64,000 bases of DNA from Acidobacteriota bacterium (lineage in GTDB: Bacteria > Acidobacteriota > Blastocatellia > RBC074): contig JACPYM010000070.1 in NCBI GenBank assembly GCA_016196035.1, forward strand, positions 3,334 through 67,333, in the 5' to 3' direction. Shown piece by piece: positions 17,762-28,129 of the stretch; position 1 is the first letter of the stretch, and every line of letters starts with the position of its first letter. The position numbers and the translations under genes were made by a program. The notes under the pieces were generated by a model. That model made no database searches. It saw only the letters and a program-made list of their open reading frames with translations, and was not told where the DNA came from.

Positions 17762-19543
17762 TCAACTGCCGCCCGGACGCCGCCGCAACGCATGGTTCCC
17801 GACGTACAAAACATCCATGCGCGTTTTCAAAAAGCAATCAATCGCGTGTTGCGGCGTGCAAACGATGGGTTCGTTTTCGTTAAATGAGGTGTTGAGGATG
17901 ATGGGCACACCCGTCAGCGCATGGAAATCCGCAATCAACTGGTAATAGCGCGGATTGACCGAAGGCGTCACCGTCTGCAACCGGCCCGAACCATCCACGT
18001 GCGTCACGGCGGGAATCAGCGCGCGTTTTTCAGGTTTGATTTGATAGACCATCAGCATGGTCGGCGCGGGGTGCGTCTGCTCAAAGTATTCACCCGTGTG
18101 TTCGGCCAGAATCGAAGGCGCGAAGGGGCGGAAGGGTTCGCGCTTTTTGATGCGCTGGTTGAGGATGTCTTTCATATCGGCGCGGCGCGGATCAACCACG
18201 ATTGAACGATTGCCCAGGGCGCGCGGGCCAAATTCCATGCGACCCTGAAACCAGCCCACCACCAAGCCGTCGGCAATGTCTTGCGCCGCGCGTTGCGTGA
18301 CTTCGCGGTCGGTATAGCTTTCGTATGCCAACTCGTACTGGTCGAGCACGGCGCGGATTTCATCATTGCTATATTCCGGCCCGGTGTACGCGCCTTCCAT
18401 AACCTCGCCGCGCGGCTGGTTGAGCGTTTGATTCCAGATGTAATAACACACGCCCAGCGAAGTGCCGTTGTCACCCGCCGCCGGTTGCACGTAAACATTT
18501 TTGAACGGCGTGTTGAGCATGATTTTGCCGTTCATCACCGAATTCAGCGCGACGCCCCCGGCCAAGCCAAGATCAGTGAGGCCCGTCGTCGCGTGCAGCT
18601 GATTCAAGAGGTGAAAGCCGATCTCTTCCAGCCGCAATTGCAACGAAGCGGCGATGTCGTGTTCGCGTTCGGTCAGCGGTTCGCCGGGTTGGCGCGCTGG
18701 GCCGAAGGTCTTGGCGTAAGCCTCCGAAAAGATCGTCCCGATGACGGGCGAGCCTTCATCCCAACTCATCTCGACGCCATCGGTGTGATGGCGGAAATAA
18801 TCGAGGTTGAGCGTAAACCTGCCGCCCTCTGCGGCGCGGATAATGTCGCGGAACTGCTCGATAAAACGCGGCTTGCCGTATGGCGCGAGGCCCATCACCT
18901 TGCCCTCGTCGCCATACCAGGGGAAGCCGATGAATTGCGTGGTTGCCGTATACAAAATGCCGGTCGAATGCGGAAACTCGACCTGGCCCTGAACTTCAAA
19001 CTTTGTCCCCGCGCCCACGCCCCACATCGTCGAGACGAAATCGCCGAAGCCGTCAAGCGAGAGCAAGGCCGCGCGTTCAAACGGCGAAACAAAAAAGCAA
19101 CTGGCCAGGTGAGCGCGATGATGTTCGACGTGATGCAATTCGGCGCGAATCTGATTTTTGTCTACGCCCAGTTGTTGCGCCAGATCGTCTTTGAAATTGC
19201 GCACCTTGCCGACGCTCGCCAAACGTTCGCTCAACCGTTTGAAGCCGCTCTGGCCGCCGCTCTCAGCCTCGCCTCCCCACAAGCTGCTGATCGCCTTTTT
19301 GGCCGAGAACAGAATCTTGTTGCTGAGATTAGCTGACGGATTGCGCGAAATGCCGATGTGGTCAACCTGTTCGATGCCGATGCCTGCCGCCGCCAGGCAA
19401 TACTTGATCGCCAGCGCCGGAAAGCCCGCGCAATGTTTGAACCGGTTGAAGCGTTCCTCTTCGGCAGCCGCAATGAGTTTGCCGTCTTTGATAATCGTCG
19501 CCGAGGCGTCGCCGTGATAGGCGTTAATACCAAGTATGTACAT
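17762..19543 (-). CDS. Carbamoyltransferase (NodU/CmcH family)
   Basis: AAEEERFNR.K, HHRAH, LDGFGD, EGKVMGLAPYG, EFGPRALGNRS and NTSFN motifs. Confidence 0.95.
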   Translation of the reverse strand: MYILGINAYHGDASATIIKDGKLIAAAEEERFNRFKHCAGFPALAIKYCLAAAGIGIEQVDHIGISRNPSANLSNKILFSAKKAISSLWGGEAESGGQSGFKRLSERLASVGKVRNFKDDLAQQLGVDKNQIRAELHHVEHHRAHLASCFFVSPFERAALLSLDGFGDFVSTMWGVGAGTKFEVQGQVEFPHSTGILYTATTQFIGFPWYGDEGKVMGLAPYGKPRFIEQFRDIIRAAEGGRFTLNLDYFRHHTDGVEMSWDEGSPVIGTIFSEAYAKTFGPARQPGEPLTEREHDIAASLQLRLEEIGFHLLNQLHATTGLTDLGLAGGVALNSVMNGKIMLNTPFKNVYVQPAAGDNGTSLGVCYYIWNQTLNQPRGEVMEGAYTGPEYSNDEIRAVLDQYELAYESYTDREVTQRAAQDIADGLVVGWFQGRMEFGPRALGNRSIVVDPRRADMKDILNQRIKKREPFRPFAPSILAEHTGEYFEQTHPAPTMLMVYQIKPEKRALIPAVTHVDGSGRLQTVTPSVNPRYYQLIADFHALTGVPIILNTSFNENEPIVCTPQHAIDCFLKTRMDVLYVGNHALRRRPGGS

Positions 19544-19579
19544 AAATCTTAGTGGTCATCTCTCTGCCAAGAACAAACC

Positions 19580-19789
19580 TTATCCAACCTTCCGTTTGGG
19601 AGCAGCCAGATAGACTTCGTCGAGTTGTTTGCCGGTCTTGGGCGGATAAAAAACCTCACCGCATGAGGCGCACTCCCAAAACTCGATCACCGGTGTGGTA
19701 ATTGTCTGCTGCTTGAGTTGCAGCGTGCGTTTCCCCTTTTTTTTCTTGATCGCCAGGGACGCGCACATTGGGCAACGGGTCATTTCCAT
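19580..19789 (-). CDS. YgiT-type zinc-finger protein (MqsA-like, no HTH)
   Basis: 69 aa; CPMC ... CASCGEVFY. Confidence 0.8.
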   Translation of the reverse strand: MEMTRCPMCASLAIKKKKGKRTLQLKQQTITTPVIEFWECASCGEVFYPPKTGKQLDEVYLAAPKRKVG

Positions 19790-19792
19790 AAT

Positions 19793-20110
19793 TTAGTTTT
19801 GCCAAGTAGACCGCTTGGCCGAAATCAAAATGTAAAACGTTTCTTGCGCTTGTTGTTGTCGAATCACGCCTTTAGTGTAGACGAGAATGCCATCATAGGT
19901 GAAGCTTTCGATAATGTAGACCTGCTCTTGTTTCGTTTGGCGTGACAAACTGCGCGACCGTTTTGATCTGACGAATGTGGCATTGAGAATGGCTTCGAGC
20001 ACGTCCTCTTCCGTCAAGCCATCAGCCAACCGCTCCACCACTGCTTTTTCGGTGAACAGGTATTGCTGTTGGATGATAAGCCGCTTGATGCGTTTAAGTA
20101 TGAACTCCAT
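19793..20110 (-). CDS. DUF4258-like protein, putative toxin
   Basis: 105 aa; YLFTEKAVVERLADGLTEEDVLEAILN; directly upstream of the zinc finger. Confidence 0.7.
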   Translation of the reverse strand: MEFILKRIKRLIIQQQYLFTEKAVVERLADGLTEEDVLEAILNATFVRSKRSRSLSRQTKQEQVYIIESFTYDGILVYTKGVIRQQQAQETFYILISAKRSTWQN

Positions 20111-20165
20111 TGCTGCGCTTTAGGGCAACTTATTCGCAGTGATTTACAGCAGCAATGTCCCGTGC

Positions 20166-22085
20166 TTACCTACAGGCAATCTCTATCTGATGCTGTTCCA
20201 ACCACTCTTCCAACGTCACCAACAACCACAAGCGCGACCACGATACATCGGGCCGCCGTTGCATGAATCGCTCCCACAGCCGCGTCACCTGTGCGGGCCG
20301 GAAGATGCCGCGCGCCCCGATGCGCTCAGGCGTCAGGCGCGTTTGGCAATACGCCCGCAGCTCACCGCGCATCCACACATCAAAGGGCAAGGTAAAGCCG
20401 CGTTTGGGCCGCTGGACGATTTCAGGCGGTAACAATTTGCCCAGGCTTTCGACCAACAAACGCTTGGGCGTGCCATTTGAAATTTTGTGCTCATCAGGCA
20501 GCCCCAGCACATATTCCACCAGTTTGTGATCGAGCAGGGGCACGCGCACTTCCAGGGCATGCGCCATGCTCATCTGATCGGTGTCGCGCAACAACACATC
20601 GTGCATGTAGGTGCGCGCTTCGGCGTAGGAAATCTGTGACATGAAACCGGCTTGTGTGCCGCTTAAGGCTTCGTGCAACAGCTTTTCATACGGGTCAATT
20701 TCGCGCTGCCCTTTTTGCCAAAATTGATCGGTCAATAACGACTGGCGTTGCGCCTGTGACAACACCTGGCGAATGTGCGGATAAACTGCCGCGAGTTGCC
20801 CATCACTGGACAACAGCGCCGACGTTTTGGACGCCACTATCGAAGGCTCGCCGAACCATTGCGCCGTATTGCCCACCGTATTCCGCAACGCCGCTGGCAG
20901 CTTGCCCCACCAATGCAAATACCGTTTGAGCTTGCCCAGCCGGGCGAACGAGGGATAACCGCCAAACAATTCATCGCCTCCCAAACCTGACAGCGCCACC
21001 TTGACCCCGGCAGAGCGCACCGCCTGCGACACGACATACGAATTAATACCGTCGCCGGTCGGTTGATCCATCGCCTGCAACGCCGCCGGCAATTCGGCCA
21101 GCAAACGCTGGTCATCCAAACGAATCTCGGTGTGCTCGGCGCCCACGGCGGTGGCCGCCAGCCGCGCATAATGCGCTTCGTCAAAGGCCTGTTCGTTAAA
21201 GACCACCGAGAAGGTATGCGGCTGTTGCCCCGTCGCGCGCATCAACGCCACAATCGCCGTCGAATCAATCCCGCCCGAAAGAAACGCGCCGACCGGCACA
21301 TCGCTGACCAGATGCAAGGCGACAGCTTCGTGCAATAACTCGTTGACGCGGCGTTTGCTGGTTTCATAGCTTTGCCCCGCCGCGCTCGGTTCCGCGCAAG
21401 TCAACGCATCCCAATAACGCGTTTCGGCCACCTGCCCCTGTGCATCAACTTTCAACCAACTGCCCGGCGGCAAGAGGCGCACGCCCTCGATCAACGTGCG
21501 CGGCGCAGGCACCGATTGGTAGGCCAGGTATTCTGACAACGCGATGTGATCCAACTGGCGCGGCACCAAGCCCGTTGCCAACAAGGCGCGCACCTCTGAG
21601 GCAAACAGGAACTGGCCCTTGTGCGCGTAGTAATACACCGGTTTGATGCCCAGCCGGTCACGCGCCACAAACAACTCTTGCCGCGTGTTATCCCAAATCG
21701 CAAAGGCGAACATCCCGCGCAAGTGGGCCAGACAATCCGCCCCGTAGCGCGCATAGAGTTTCAGGATAATTTCAGTGTCGGATTGCGAGGCGAACGGTTC
21801 TCCGCAGTCGAGCAATTGCTGGCGCAAGGCGCGGAAGTTATAGATTTCGCCGTTAAACGTGATCCAGTACCGGCCATCGGGTGTGGCCATCGGCTGATGG
21901 CCGGCGGGCGAGAGATCGAGGATGGAAAGACGTGTATGCAACAGCGCACAACGCCCCTCTGCCACGACCACCATGCCACGATCATCGGGGCCGCGATGAT
22001 CAAGCTGGGGCAAGACTCGCGCCGCCACTGCGGCAAGGTCGAATTCGTTTTTATGTGCTGTGAAGAAACCAGCAATCCCACACAT
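20166..22085 (-). CDS. asnB: Asparagine synthase (glutamine-hydrolysing)-type amidotransferase
   Basis: MCGIAG, HRGPD, NGEIYNF, RDRLGIKP, LSGGIDS and SGLGGDELFGGY motifs. Confidence 0.95.
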   Translation of the reverse strand: MCGIAGFFTAHKNEFDLAAVAARVLPQLDHRGPDDRGMVVVAEGRCALLHTRLSILDLSPAGHQPMATPDGRYWITFNGEIYNFRALRQQLLDCGEPFASQSDTEIILKLYARYGADCLAHLRGMFAFAIWDNTRQELFVARDRLGIKPVYYYAHKGQFLFASEVRALLATGLVPRQLDHIALSEYLAYQSVPAPRTLIEGVRLLPPGSWLKVDAQGQVAETRYWDALTCAEPSAAGQSYETSKRRVNELLHEAVALHLVSDVPVGAFLSGGIDSTAIVALMRATGQQPHTFSVVFNEQAFDEAHYARLAATAVGAEHTEIRLDDQRLLAELPAALQAMDQPTGDGINSYVVSQAVRSAGVKVALSGLGGDELFGGYPSFARLGKLKRYLHWWGKLPAALRNTVGNTAQWFGEPSIVASKTSALLSSDGQLAAVYPHIRQVLSQAQRQSLLTDQFWQKGQREIDPYEKLLHEALSGTQAGFMSQISYAEARTYMHDVLLRDTDQMSMAHALEVRVPLLDHKLVEYVLGLPDEHKISNGTPKRLLVESLGKLLPPEIVQRPKRGFTLPFDVWMRGELRAYCQTRLTPERIGARGIFRPAQVTRLWERFMQRRPDVSWSRLWLLVTLEEWLEQHQIEIACR

Positions 22086-22094
22086 TCAGTTTTC

Positions 22095-22306
22095 CTGGTC
22101 ACATCGGATTTTGTGGTGACAGCCCCGGCGGGGCGAAATGTTTATAGTTGGAGTGCGAAAAGGCACGCGAGCCCCAGCGGGGCGGTATCTGCCTGCGCTC
22201 AGATGTCGCTCCTGACGGAGCTAAGCGCCTAATTTGGCTGGTTGCTATACACATTTCGCGCCGCTGGCGCTGGAAAACACCAAACCACAAAATCCGGTGG
22301 GACTAG
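22095..22306. mobile_element. ~212 bp MITE/REP-like element, copy 2 (inverted relative to 6215-6428)
   Basis: Same TIRs and internal hairpins; terminates in CTAG; nearest end lies about 10 bp upstream of the asnB ATG. Confidence 0.85.
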
Positions 22307-22386
22307 CAGTTTTCTGATCGAACGTTCAAGCGCCGAACCATTGGGAAACTTTGGTCAGACAACAAAACAGTTAGGTAACAGCGTGA

Positions 22387-23181
22387 TCAGCTTTCTGGCG
22401 GCGGCGTTTTGCTCAACCGCGCGGTTAAATCCCGATGCGCCAGCAAACATTCAAAGATCGCCCTTTCGTAGGCATAGCGCGCCGCGGCGGCTCCGCGAAA
22501 AGGCCCGCCCGCTATGCCGTAAGCATAAAGCCCCATCAGCAGCGGCATCACCCCCCATTTCCGCAACCGATCACGCCATTTCAAATGCGCGCCCGCTTCC
22601 AACCGCTGCATTTCTTGCGCCGAATAGGTAAGCTGCGCAGTGATCCAGCACTCTAACGGTTTGCGGTCATCGTGAAAAAGCGGGGCCTTGAATTGATACA
22701 CCGCGCCATCCAATTGAAATTTATGTCCATGCCCAACCTGCAGCACCTGAATCATCGCGCGCCGGAAAAGTCGAATTTGCGCCGGATAGAGCGAGCCTGC
22801 CAGAGGCTGCCCAACCATGCAGTATTGGAAGGAAAAAAGCCCGCCATCATACGCGCCCGGCAAGAAGCGTTGAAAAATCTCTTCGACCAGGGTCTGGCTC
22901 AATGGCATATCCGCATCCAACGCCAAGACATACTCAGTCGCAATACCCGTCTGCTGAAGCCCAAACTCAGTTTGTTCTTTGAATGAATCGAAGGCGCGCA
23001 CGCGCCAGTCAACATTGGGGAAGGACCGCGCAATCGTTTCGGTGTCGTCGTTTGATCCAGAATCGAGCACCACCACACGATCTGCCCAGGTCAACGAGGC
23101 TAGTGTGCGAGCTATGTTAGGCTCCTCGTTATAGGTCAGCAGCAGCGGTGTTATCTGACAAGGGACTTTTGCCGGCAGCAT
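22387..23181 (-). CDS. Glycosyltransferase family 2
   Basis: LLTYNEEPNI, LDSGSNDDT and LDAD motifs. Confidence 0.9.
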   Translation of the reverse strand: MLPAKVPCQITPLLLTYNEEPNIARTLASLTWADRVVVLDSGSNDDTETIARSFPNVDWRVRAFDSFKEQTEFGLQQTGIATEYVLALDADMPLSQTLVEEIFQRFLPGAYDGGLFSFQYCMVGQPLAGSLYPAQIRLFRRAMIQVLQVGHGHKFQLDGAVYQFKAPLFHDDRKPLECWITAQLTYSAQEMQRLEAGAHLKWRDRLRKWGVMPLLMGLYAYGIAGGPFRGAAAARYAYERAIFECLLAHRDLTARLSKTPPPES

Positions 23182-23225
23182 CTAGTTCAGTACTTTCCCC
23201 AGTTGAGATACCCGTTTCCCACTGT

Positions 23226-24401
23226 TTACCCTTGTCCGCAAATATCGGTGTATAAGCTGACCAATTGTTCGGCGACGGCAGACCAACGATAACGCTGGAG
23301 TACCAAATTGCGCGCGGCCTGTCCATGTGCCAAACGTTCAGCCGCCGACGTCAGCGCCTGGTGTAATGCCGCCTCAATCGCGCGCTCATCCAGCGCAACT
23401 ACCCAACCAGCTCCCGCCGCTGTTACTTCATCGGCAAGATTTACCCTTTCGCTAATCAGTACCGGCACTTCACAAGCCATGGCCTCGACCAGGGAAAGAC
23501 CAAAATTTTCCTGATGTGAAGGCAGGGCGAAGAGGCCGGCTCCCCGCAACGCGCCGCGCTTTTGTTCACCTTGTAACCAGCCCGCAAAGACGACGCGCGC
23601 CTCGCCGTTGGCAAGGCGCACCGTGCACCGCAATTGCTCGACATAATCCGCTGCGCCTTCGCCCGCAATCACCAGTTTCCACCTGCGCAACGAAACTTCA
23701 TCCGTCAAGCGCAAAAATACTTTGATCAACGTTTCCAGGTTCTTTTTGGGGTGCAGCCGGCTGAGCGTCAAAACGTATAAACCCTCAGACAAGGCGGGAT
23801 GCTGTGCTAGAAAAGGGTTCGCGTTAGTGGCAGGCCGCAACAACGCCTCATCCACACCTAAGGGAATTACTACACCATGTTGCAACCCCAAGGTAGTTTC
23901 GGCCAATTCTTTTTCGGCGCCAGCGGTGTAATGGATTGCCGCCGCCCCGCGTAACATCTGTTTCACACCCAAATGCCAGACGAGTTGCTTGCGAAAGCGC
24001 TTTTGTCGCAGGCCCCAAGGATCGAGATTGCCGATGGTACGGACAAGGTAAGGAATATGCTGACGGCGACAGGCACGCGCAGCTGCTAAACAAGCATGGG
24101 AAAAAACGGCGTGAATATGCACTAAGTCATATTTAGAGACATTCGTTCTTAGCCAGGAACCTAGCCCGCTTGAGTATTTGAACGCCTCGCTAAAGTCACG
24201 TTGAAAAAAAATTGTCGGCGTTCCTTGGTACTCATTCAATATTCCCAATAGCTCTGGCAACACTGCGGCACCATCGGCATTGGTGGTGGCAATCTCTGTA
24301 ACAACGCCAGCATTTTTTAAGTGTGCGCAGATTTGATAAACAGCGTGGCTGGGGCCGCCGTAACGAGCCGCAACGGCAGGAATAACATGCAAGACCTTCA
24401 C
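23226..24401 (-). CDS. Glycosyltransferase family 4
   Basis: MKVLHVIP...GGP, SRLHPKK and PSHQENFGLSLVEAMA motifs. Confidence 0.92.
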   Translation of the reverse strand: MKVLHVIPAVAARYGGPSHAVYQICAHLKNAGVVTEIATTNADGAAVLPELLGILNEYQGTPTIFFQRDFSEAFKYSSGLGSWLRTNVSKYDLVHIHAVFSHACLAAARACRRQHIPYLVRTIGNLDPWGLRQKRFRKQLVWHLGVKQMLRGAAAIHYTAGAEKELAETTLGLQHGVVIPLGVDEALLRPATNANPFLAQHPALSEGLYVLTLSRLHPKKNLETLIKVFLRLTDEVSLRRWKLVIAGEGAADYVEQLRCTVRLANGEARVVFAGWLQGEQKRGALRGAGLFALPSHQENFGLSLVEAMACEVPVLISERVNLADEVTAAGAGWVVALDERAIEAALHQALTSAAERLAHGQAARNLVLQRYRWSAVAEQLVSLYTDICGQG

Positions 24402-24410
24402 CTTTCTACC

Positions 24411-25502
24411 TCATGCTGCTTGCTTGAAAATCGCCTGCACCAAGCGTTGTTGAAAGCTATGCGCCGTAAAGAGCGCTTCATAACGGTGGCGGGATTGCGC
24501 CGACCAAAGCTCCCATTCCGTTCCCGCGCGCAGCAGGCGGCAAAGCGCCTCGACCAAATCATGTGACTTGGCCGGATCAACGGCGAGCCCGGCCTCAGGC
24601 GGATTTACGACCTCTCGCGCGGCATCAAAAACACTGACTAAGCACGGTCTGCCAATCCGCATAGCTTCGAGATAGACCAAGCCGAACCCTTCGGCGCGGC
24701 TGGGCAGCGCCAGGCACATACATTTTTCTAACAAGGCTTGTTTTTGCTCCTCCTCGACCCAGCCTAATAAATGTATTTGCTGTTCCAACCCCAACTGTCG
24801 TACCTGTGTAACTAGCTCCTCTTTGAGATTGCCTGTACCAATAATGCGCAATTCGGCGGTGGGTATTTTGCGCAACACCTGCGGCCAAGCCTGAATCAAT
24901 TCGCGATGACCTTTGTAATCCTCGCTTTTTTCCAGGCGGCTAATCATCAAGGTGACCGGAGGCCCAGCCGGAGCCGGCGTGGCGCTTTCCAGCGCGCAAT
25001 CAATGCCGAGTGGGACCGTGATGTGTGGGGTCGTGCTGTAAGCGGGATTGAAGCGCAAAAAACGCTGCCAAGTAAACTCGCTGTTACTGAGAAACAAATC
25101 AACGCGTCGGAGCGCCTGCCGATCTAGCCAGGGTAACTTGCGCCACGCTTCAATCCCATGCAAAAAAACAATTACCTTGGCTTTTGGCAAACGAAAAAAT
25201 GGCAGCAGCTTCAACAGATTTAAGTGCCAAACAAAAACTGTTTGCACCGGCCAGCTTCGGCGTAGCGCCCGCGCCACAGCGGCCTGTCTGGTTTGGGCAA
25301 AATACGCCTGCCTGGTTTCCAAGCACGTCCCAGCAGGCTCAGCAGCGGTGGTTAAAGCCGGTGCGCCATAACAAAAATAATAACTCTGTTGCGGCTGTTG
25401 CTTTACAACCCCCTGCCAGGCGATGCGCCCGCTCGCCTGAATGCCGCCGTGTAAGCCATGTTCCGTAAACAGCCCAAGGATGCCGCCGGCGCCACCTACC
25501 AA
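24411..25502 (-). CDS. Glycosyltransferase family 4
   Basis: HGGIQ, LHGIE, YKGH and EGFGLVYLEAM motifs; start codon uncertain. Confidence 0.88.
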   Translation of the reverse strand: MVGGAGGILGLFTEHGLHGGIQASGRIAWQGVVKQQPQQSYYFCYGAPALTTAAEPAGTCLETRQAYFAQTRQAAVARALRRSWPVQTVFVWHLNLLKLLPFFRLPKAKVIVFLHGIEAWRKLPWLDRQALRRVDLFLSNSEFTWQRFLRFNPAYSTTPHITVPLGIDCALESATPAPAGPPVTLMISRLEKSEDYKGHRELIQAWPQVLRKIPTAELRIIGTGNLKEELVTQVRQLGLEQQIHLLGWVEEEQKQALLEKCMCLALPSRAEGFGLVYLEAMRIGRPCLVSVFDAAREVVNPPEAGLAVDPAKSHDLVEALCRLLRAGTEWELWSAQSRHRYEALFTAHSFQQRLVQAIFKQAA

Positions 25503-26911
25503 TTTACACGCCCTCTGCCGCCACGCGGAGCTAAGATGTTTGGCAATGTCCGTATCTGTCCTTCAGGTTGATCTTCAGGCTGAGTTGTATTCGTTTTTTG
25601 TATGCGCAATTTCCACAACAAAATTCGATTTACGAGCAAAGCCGTGACCAGCGCCGCACCAGCCGTCGTTGTCATTTCGCCGAGCGAACCGCCCACTTGT
25701 AAGAGGCCCAGCCCGGGCAAAAAATAGATCGCAAAACCCTGCCAATCATTTTCTTTCAACCGGGCGACAGCCCCTTTATCAATTAAACCAATTAACACTC
25801 CAATGACAAAAAAACCTATCACGATGCCGGTGTAACCAAAATTGATATAAAACTCCATCACTTGGCCGATACCGACGCTGGTATTTTCGCCGAAGACGAT
25901 CCCGGTGTATTCAGTGACCAACCCTTCGCTACCGGCCCGAAAGGGTTTGTCAGGCCAGATGGCTCTGGGAATGAGCGCCAGGAATGAATTCAGAATCGTT
26001 TCGCCCTTGGCATACTCACCCCGTCCGTTCGACAAATAATCAACGGCGGCTCCCACCAAATAATTTTGATTCAGCCGCGAATCAATCAAGGTCAAATGCT
26101 CCTGGTTATTCAGATCAATCAGTTCAAAATGGCTAAAGGTCGTAACCAACCGCTCAAAGCGGCTGCCATAAGCCGCCCCACCCCAAACAGCGTCGCGAAT
26201 GTCACTGCGGTCGCGCATGTAAGTAACAAAGACCGAAAGCCCTAAATACACACCCAGCACAGCGGCAATCACAACGTGCCAGCGTGGCCGGTAAAACGTT
26301 GACATAAAGGTCACCACAATCAAAATCGCCACTGTGCCATAACCAAGAAATCCTTGTGTGATAACTGTCAAAAACGGTAACAAAGGCAAGGTGGCAAACC
26401 AATAAAACAGTTGCCGCCATTTACGTTGCTGATAGGCTTGCCAAATCAATAACGCCAAACCAACAACCAGGAAAGTCCACCCGGCATTCAGCAATGCGCC
26501 CAAGGTTGGTAGATTGCCAAACAATGGGATCAGCACGAAATAACTAACCAGCGCAATCCCCAGGTAAATTTTCGCCAGCCAAGGGTCGGCTTGTTGACCG
26601 GTGGCTTGTATACGCGGCCAGCCTGTCAACCGCACGATTAACGGCGTCACAATGGCATTGCCAAGCGTAAAGGCTAAAAGCGCATACATTGTCGCTTCAA
26701 AACCCAACTCTACCTGCGGCGCCTGTGGTGTGTAGTACCACGGCAGCAGATAAATCAATCCGCCCAAAAAATGATTGACGGCCAAATTCAACACATACAT
26801 TGTCCCCAGCCCCACCGTGCCCAGCCGGGTTTTCCATTGGCTGTAAACCAGCAGCAATCCCGCCACACCCCAACCCAAAAGGCTATTAAGTAAGAGATTG
26901 TTGCTGTTCAT
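25496..26911 (-). CDS. Polytopic membrane protein, probable Wzy-like polysaccharide polymerase
   Basis: About 10-12 hydrophobic segments, large periplasmic loop, IPRAIWPDKP and EFYINFG motifs. Confidence 0.7.
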   Translation of the reverse strand: MNSNNLLLNSLLGWGVAGLLLVYSQWKTRLGTVGLGTMYVLNLAVNHFLGGLIYLLPWYYTPQAPQVELGFEATMYALLAFTLGNAIVTPLIVRLTGWPRIQATGQQADPWLAKIYLGIALVSYFVLIPLFGNLPTLGALLNAGWTFLVVGLALLIWQAYQQRKWRQLFYWFATLPLLPFLTVITQGFLGYGTVAILIVVTFMSTFYRPRWHVVIAAVLGVYLGLSVFVTYMRDRSDIRDAVWGGAAYGSRFERLVTTFSHFELIDLNNQEHLTLIDSRLNQNYLVGAAVDYLSNGRGEYAKGETILNSFLALIPRAIWPDKPFRAGSEGLVTEYTGIVFGENTSVGIGQVMEFYINFGYTGIVIGFFVIGVLIGLIDKGAVARLKENDWQGFAIYFLPGLGLLQVGGSLGEMTTTAGAALVTALLVNRILLWKLRIQKTNTTQPEDQPEGQIRTLPNILAPRGGRGRVNW

Positions 26912-26926
26912 AAGTCTGTTCCTTGG

Positions 26927-28129
26927 TTACTGACGCTGGGCCAGTTCCTGCCGGCAAATCGCTTCAAAATCCGCCGCGACATCATCCCAGTTGCGCGGCT
27001 GAAAATTCTGATAAATGTTGTGCACCATTGCGGCCAACTCTTCCCGATGTGCATCACACCAACGCAAGCGCTCGACAAATGCCTGCGCATCACGAATCGG
27101 TAAAATCCAACCGGTTTCCCCTTCGCGCAAAATATCCGGCCCGCCACAATTAGTCGTTGTCAGGATCGGCAACCCGCTCGCGGCGGCCTGCCCCAGCACC
27201 ACGGCAAAGCCGTCTTGAATCGTCGGGAAAACAAATAGATCAGCCCAGGCATACCAGGCTGGTAAATCCGCCTGTGCTTGTTTGGGGACAAACTCGACGC
27301 ACTCAGCCAGCTTGGCAACGAGCCCCTTGACTTCCGGCACAACCGGCCCAACCATTCTGAACATGAACCGTCTTTCCCGTGCGCCAGGCTGGCACAAAGT
27401 TTGGATCACAGCAGCCAAGTCTTGAAAACCTTTTTGAAACGATAACGCACCCACGTATAAAACACGCAAGGGTGCACCGGATAGAATCCGTCGAGAACGC
27501 GCTTCAACTACTTCTGCTGCGGGCCGAAAGGCAGTGAGATTAACCCCCAACGGCAGCAACTTAACTTTTCCGCCCGCGATCCCTTGTCCCAAAAAGGTGT
27601 CGCGCGCAAATGATGACAACGTAACGATGAGATCGGTCAACGCATATTCTCTTTGCTCCCGCGCGATCATCCAGGCACTAGGATGATCCTGTTCGACACC
27701 CGCGCGCGCCGTTTCTTCGGCTAACAAGCGGGCTTGAGCGGCGATGTGGGCAGAGCCGCGCATCAGTATTTTTAGCTGCGCGTGACCATTGAGCATCTGT
27801 AAAATCTCTTCCGCCACTCCGCTCCACAAATGCGTGACATCCCACGCCTCTTTGCATAAGGTTTTGGCGGCCCAACGGCCAAAGAGCGAATGCCACCATT
27901 CATCGCGATTGACGAACTTTCGCTGCGGGTCTAAACGATGCGCAAGGCGCGTCAGCACACCATGCAACCAAAAACTCTTTACCCGATTTACCGGAAACCC
28001 AAAGCGTTTTACCGCCCACTTAGGATAATTGGTCAACAAGGTGACGTCGTGCCCGCGTCTTACCAAAGCACAGGCGAGATCGAAAGAATGAAACCGGCCA
28101 TGCACGACCAGCGCTATCTTGAGTCGCAT
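26927..28129 (-). CDS. Glycosyltransferase family 4
   Basis: HGRFH, YVGALSFQKG and FPTIQDGFAVVLGQA motifs. Confidence 0.9.
   Translation of the reverse strand: MRLKIALVVHGRFHSFDLACALVRRGHDVTLLTNYPKWAVKRFGFPVNRVKSFWLHGVLTRLAHRLDPQRKFVNRDEWWHSLFGRWAAKTLCKEAWDVTHLWSGVAEEILQMLNGHAQLKILMRGSAHIAAQARLLAEETARAGVEQDHPSAWMIAREQREYALTDLIVTLSSFARDTFLGQGIAGGKVKLLPLGVNLTAFRPAAEVVEARSRRILSGAPLRVLYVGALSFQKGFQDLAAVIQTLCQPGARERRFMFRMVGPVVPEVKGLVAKLAECVEFVPKQAQADLPAWYAWADLFVFPTIQDGFAVVLGQAAASGLPILTTTNCGGPDILREGETGWILPIRDAQAFVERLRWCDAHREELAAMVHNIYQNFQPRNWDDVAADFEAICRQELAQRQ

Noticed and set aside
19580..20110. Integron cassette array explaining the TA-like pairs
   Set aside because: No attC-like sites flank them and there is no integrase in the window
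12885..22085. Lasso-peptide cluster (AsnB-like plus nucleotidyltransferase)
   Set aside because: AsnB keeps the glutaminase Cys (MCGIAG); no PqqD/RRE, B2 protease or precursor was seen; the context is polysaccharide
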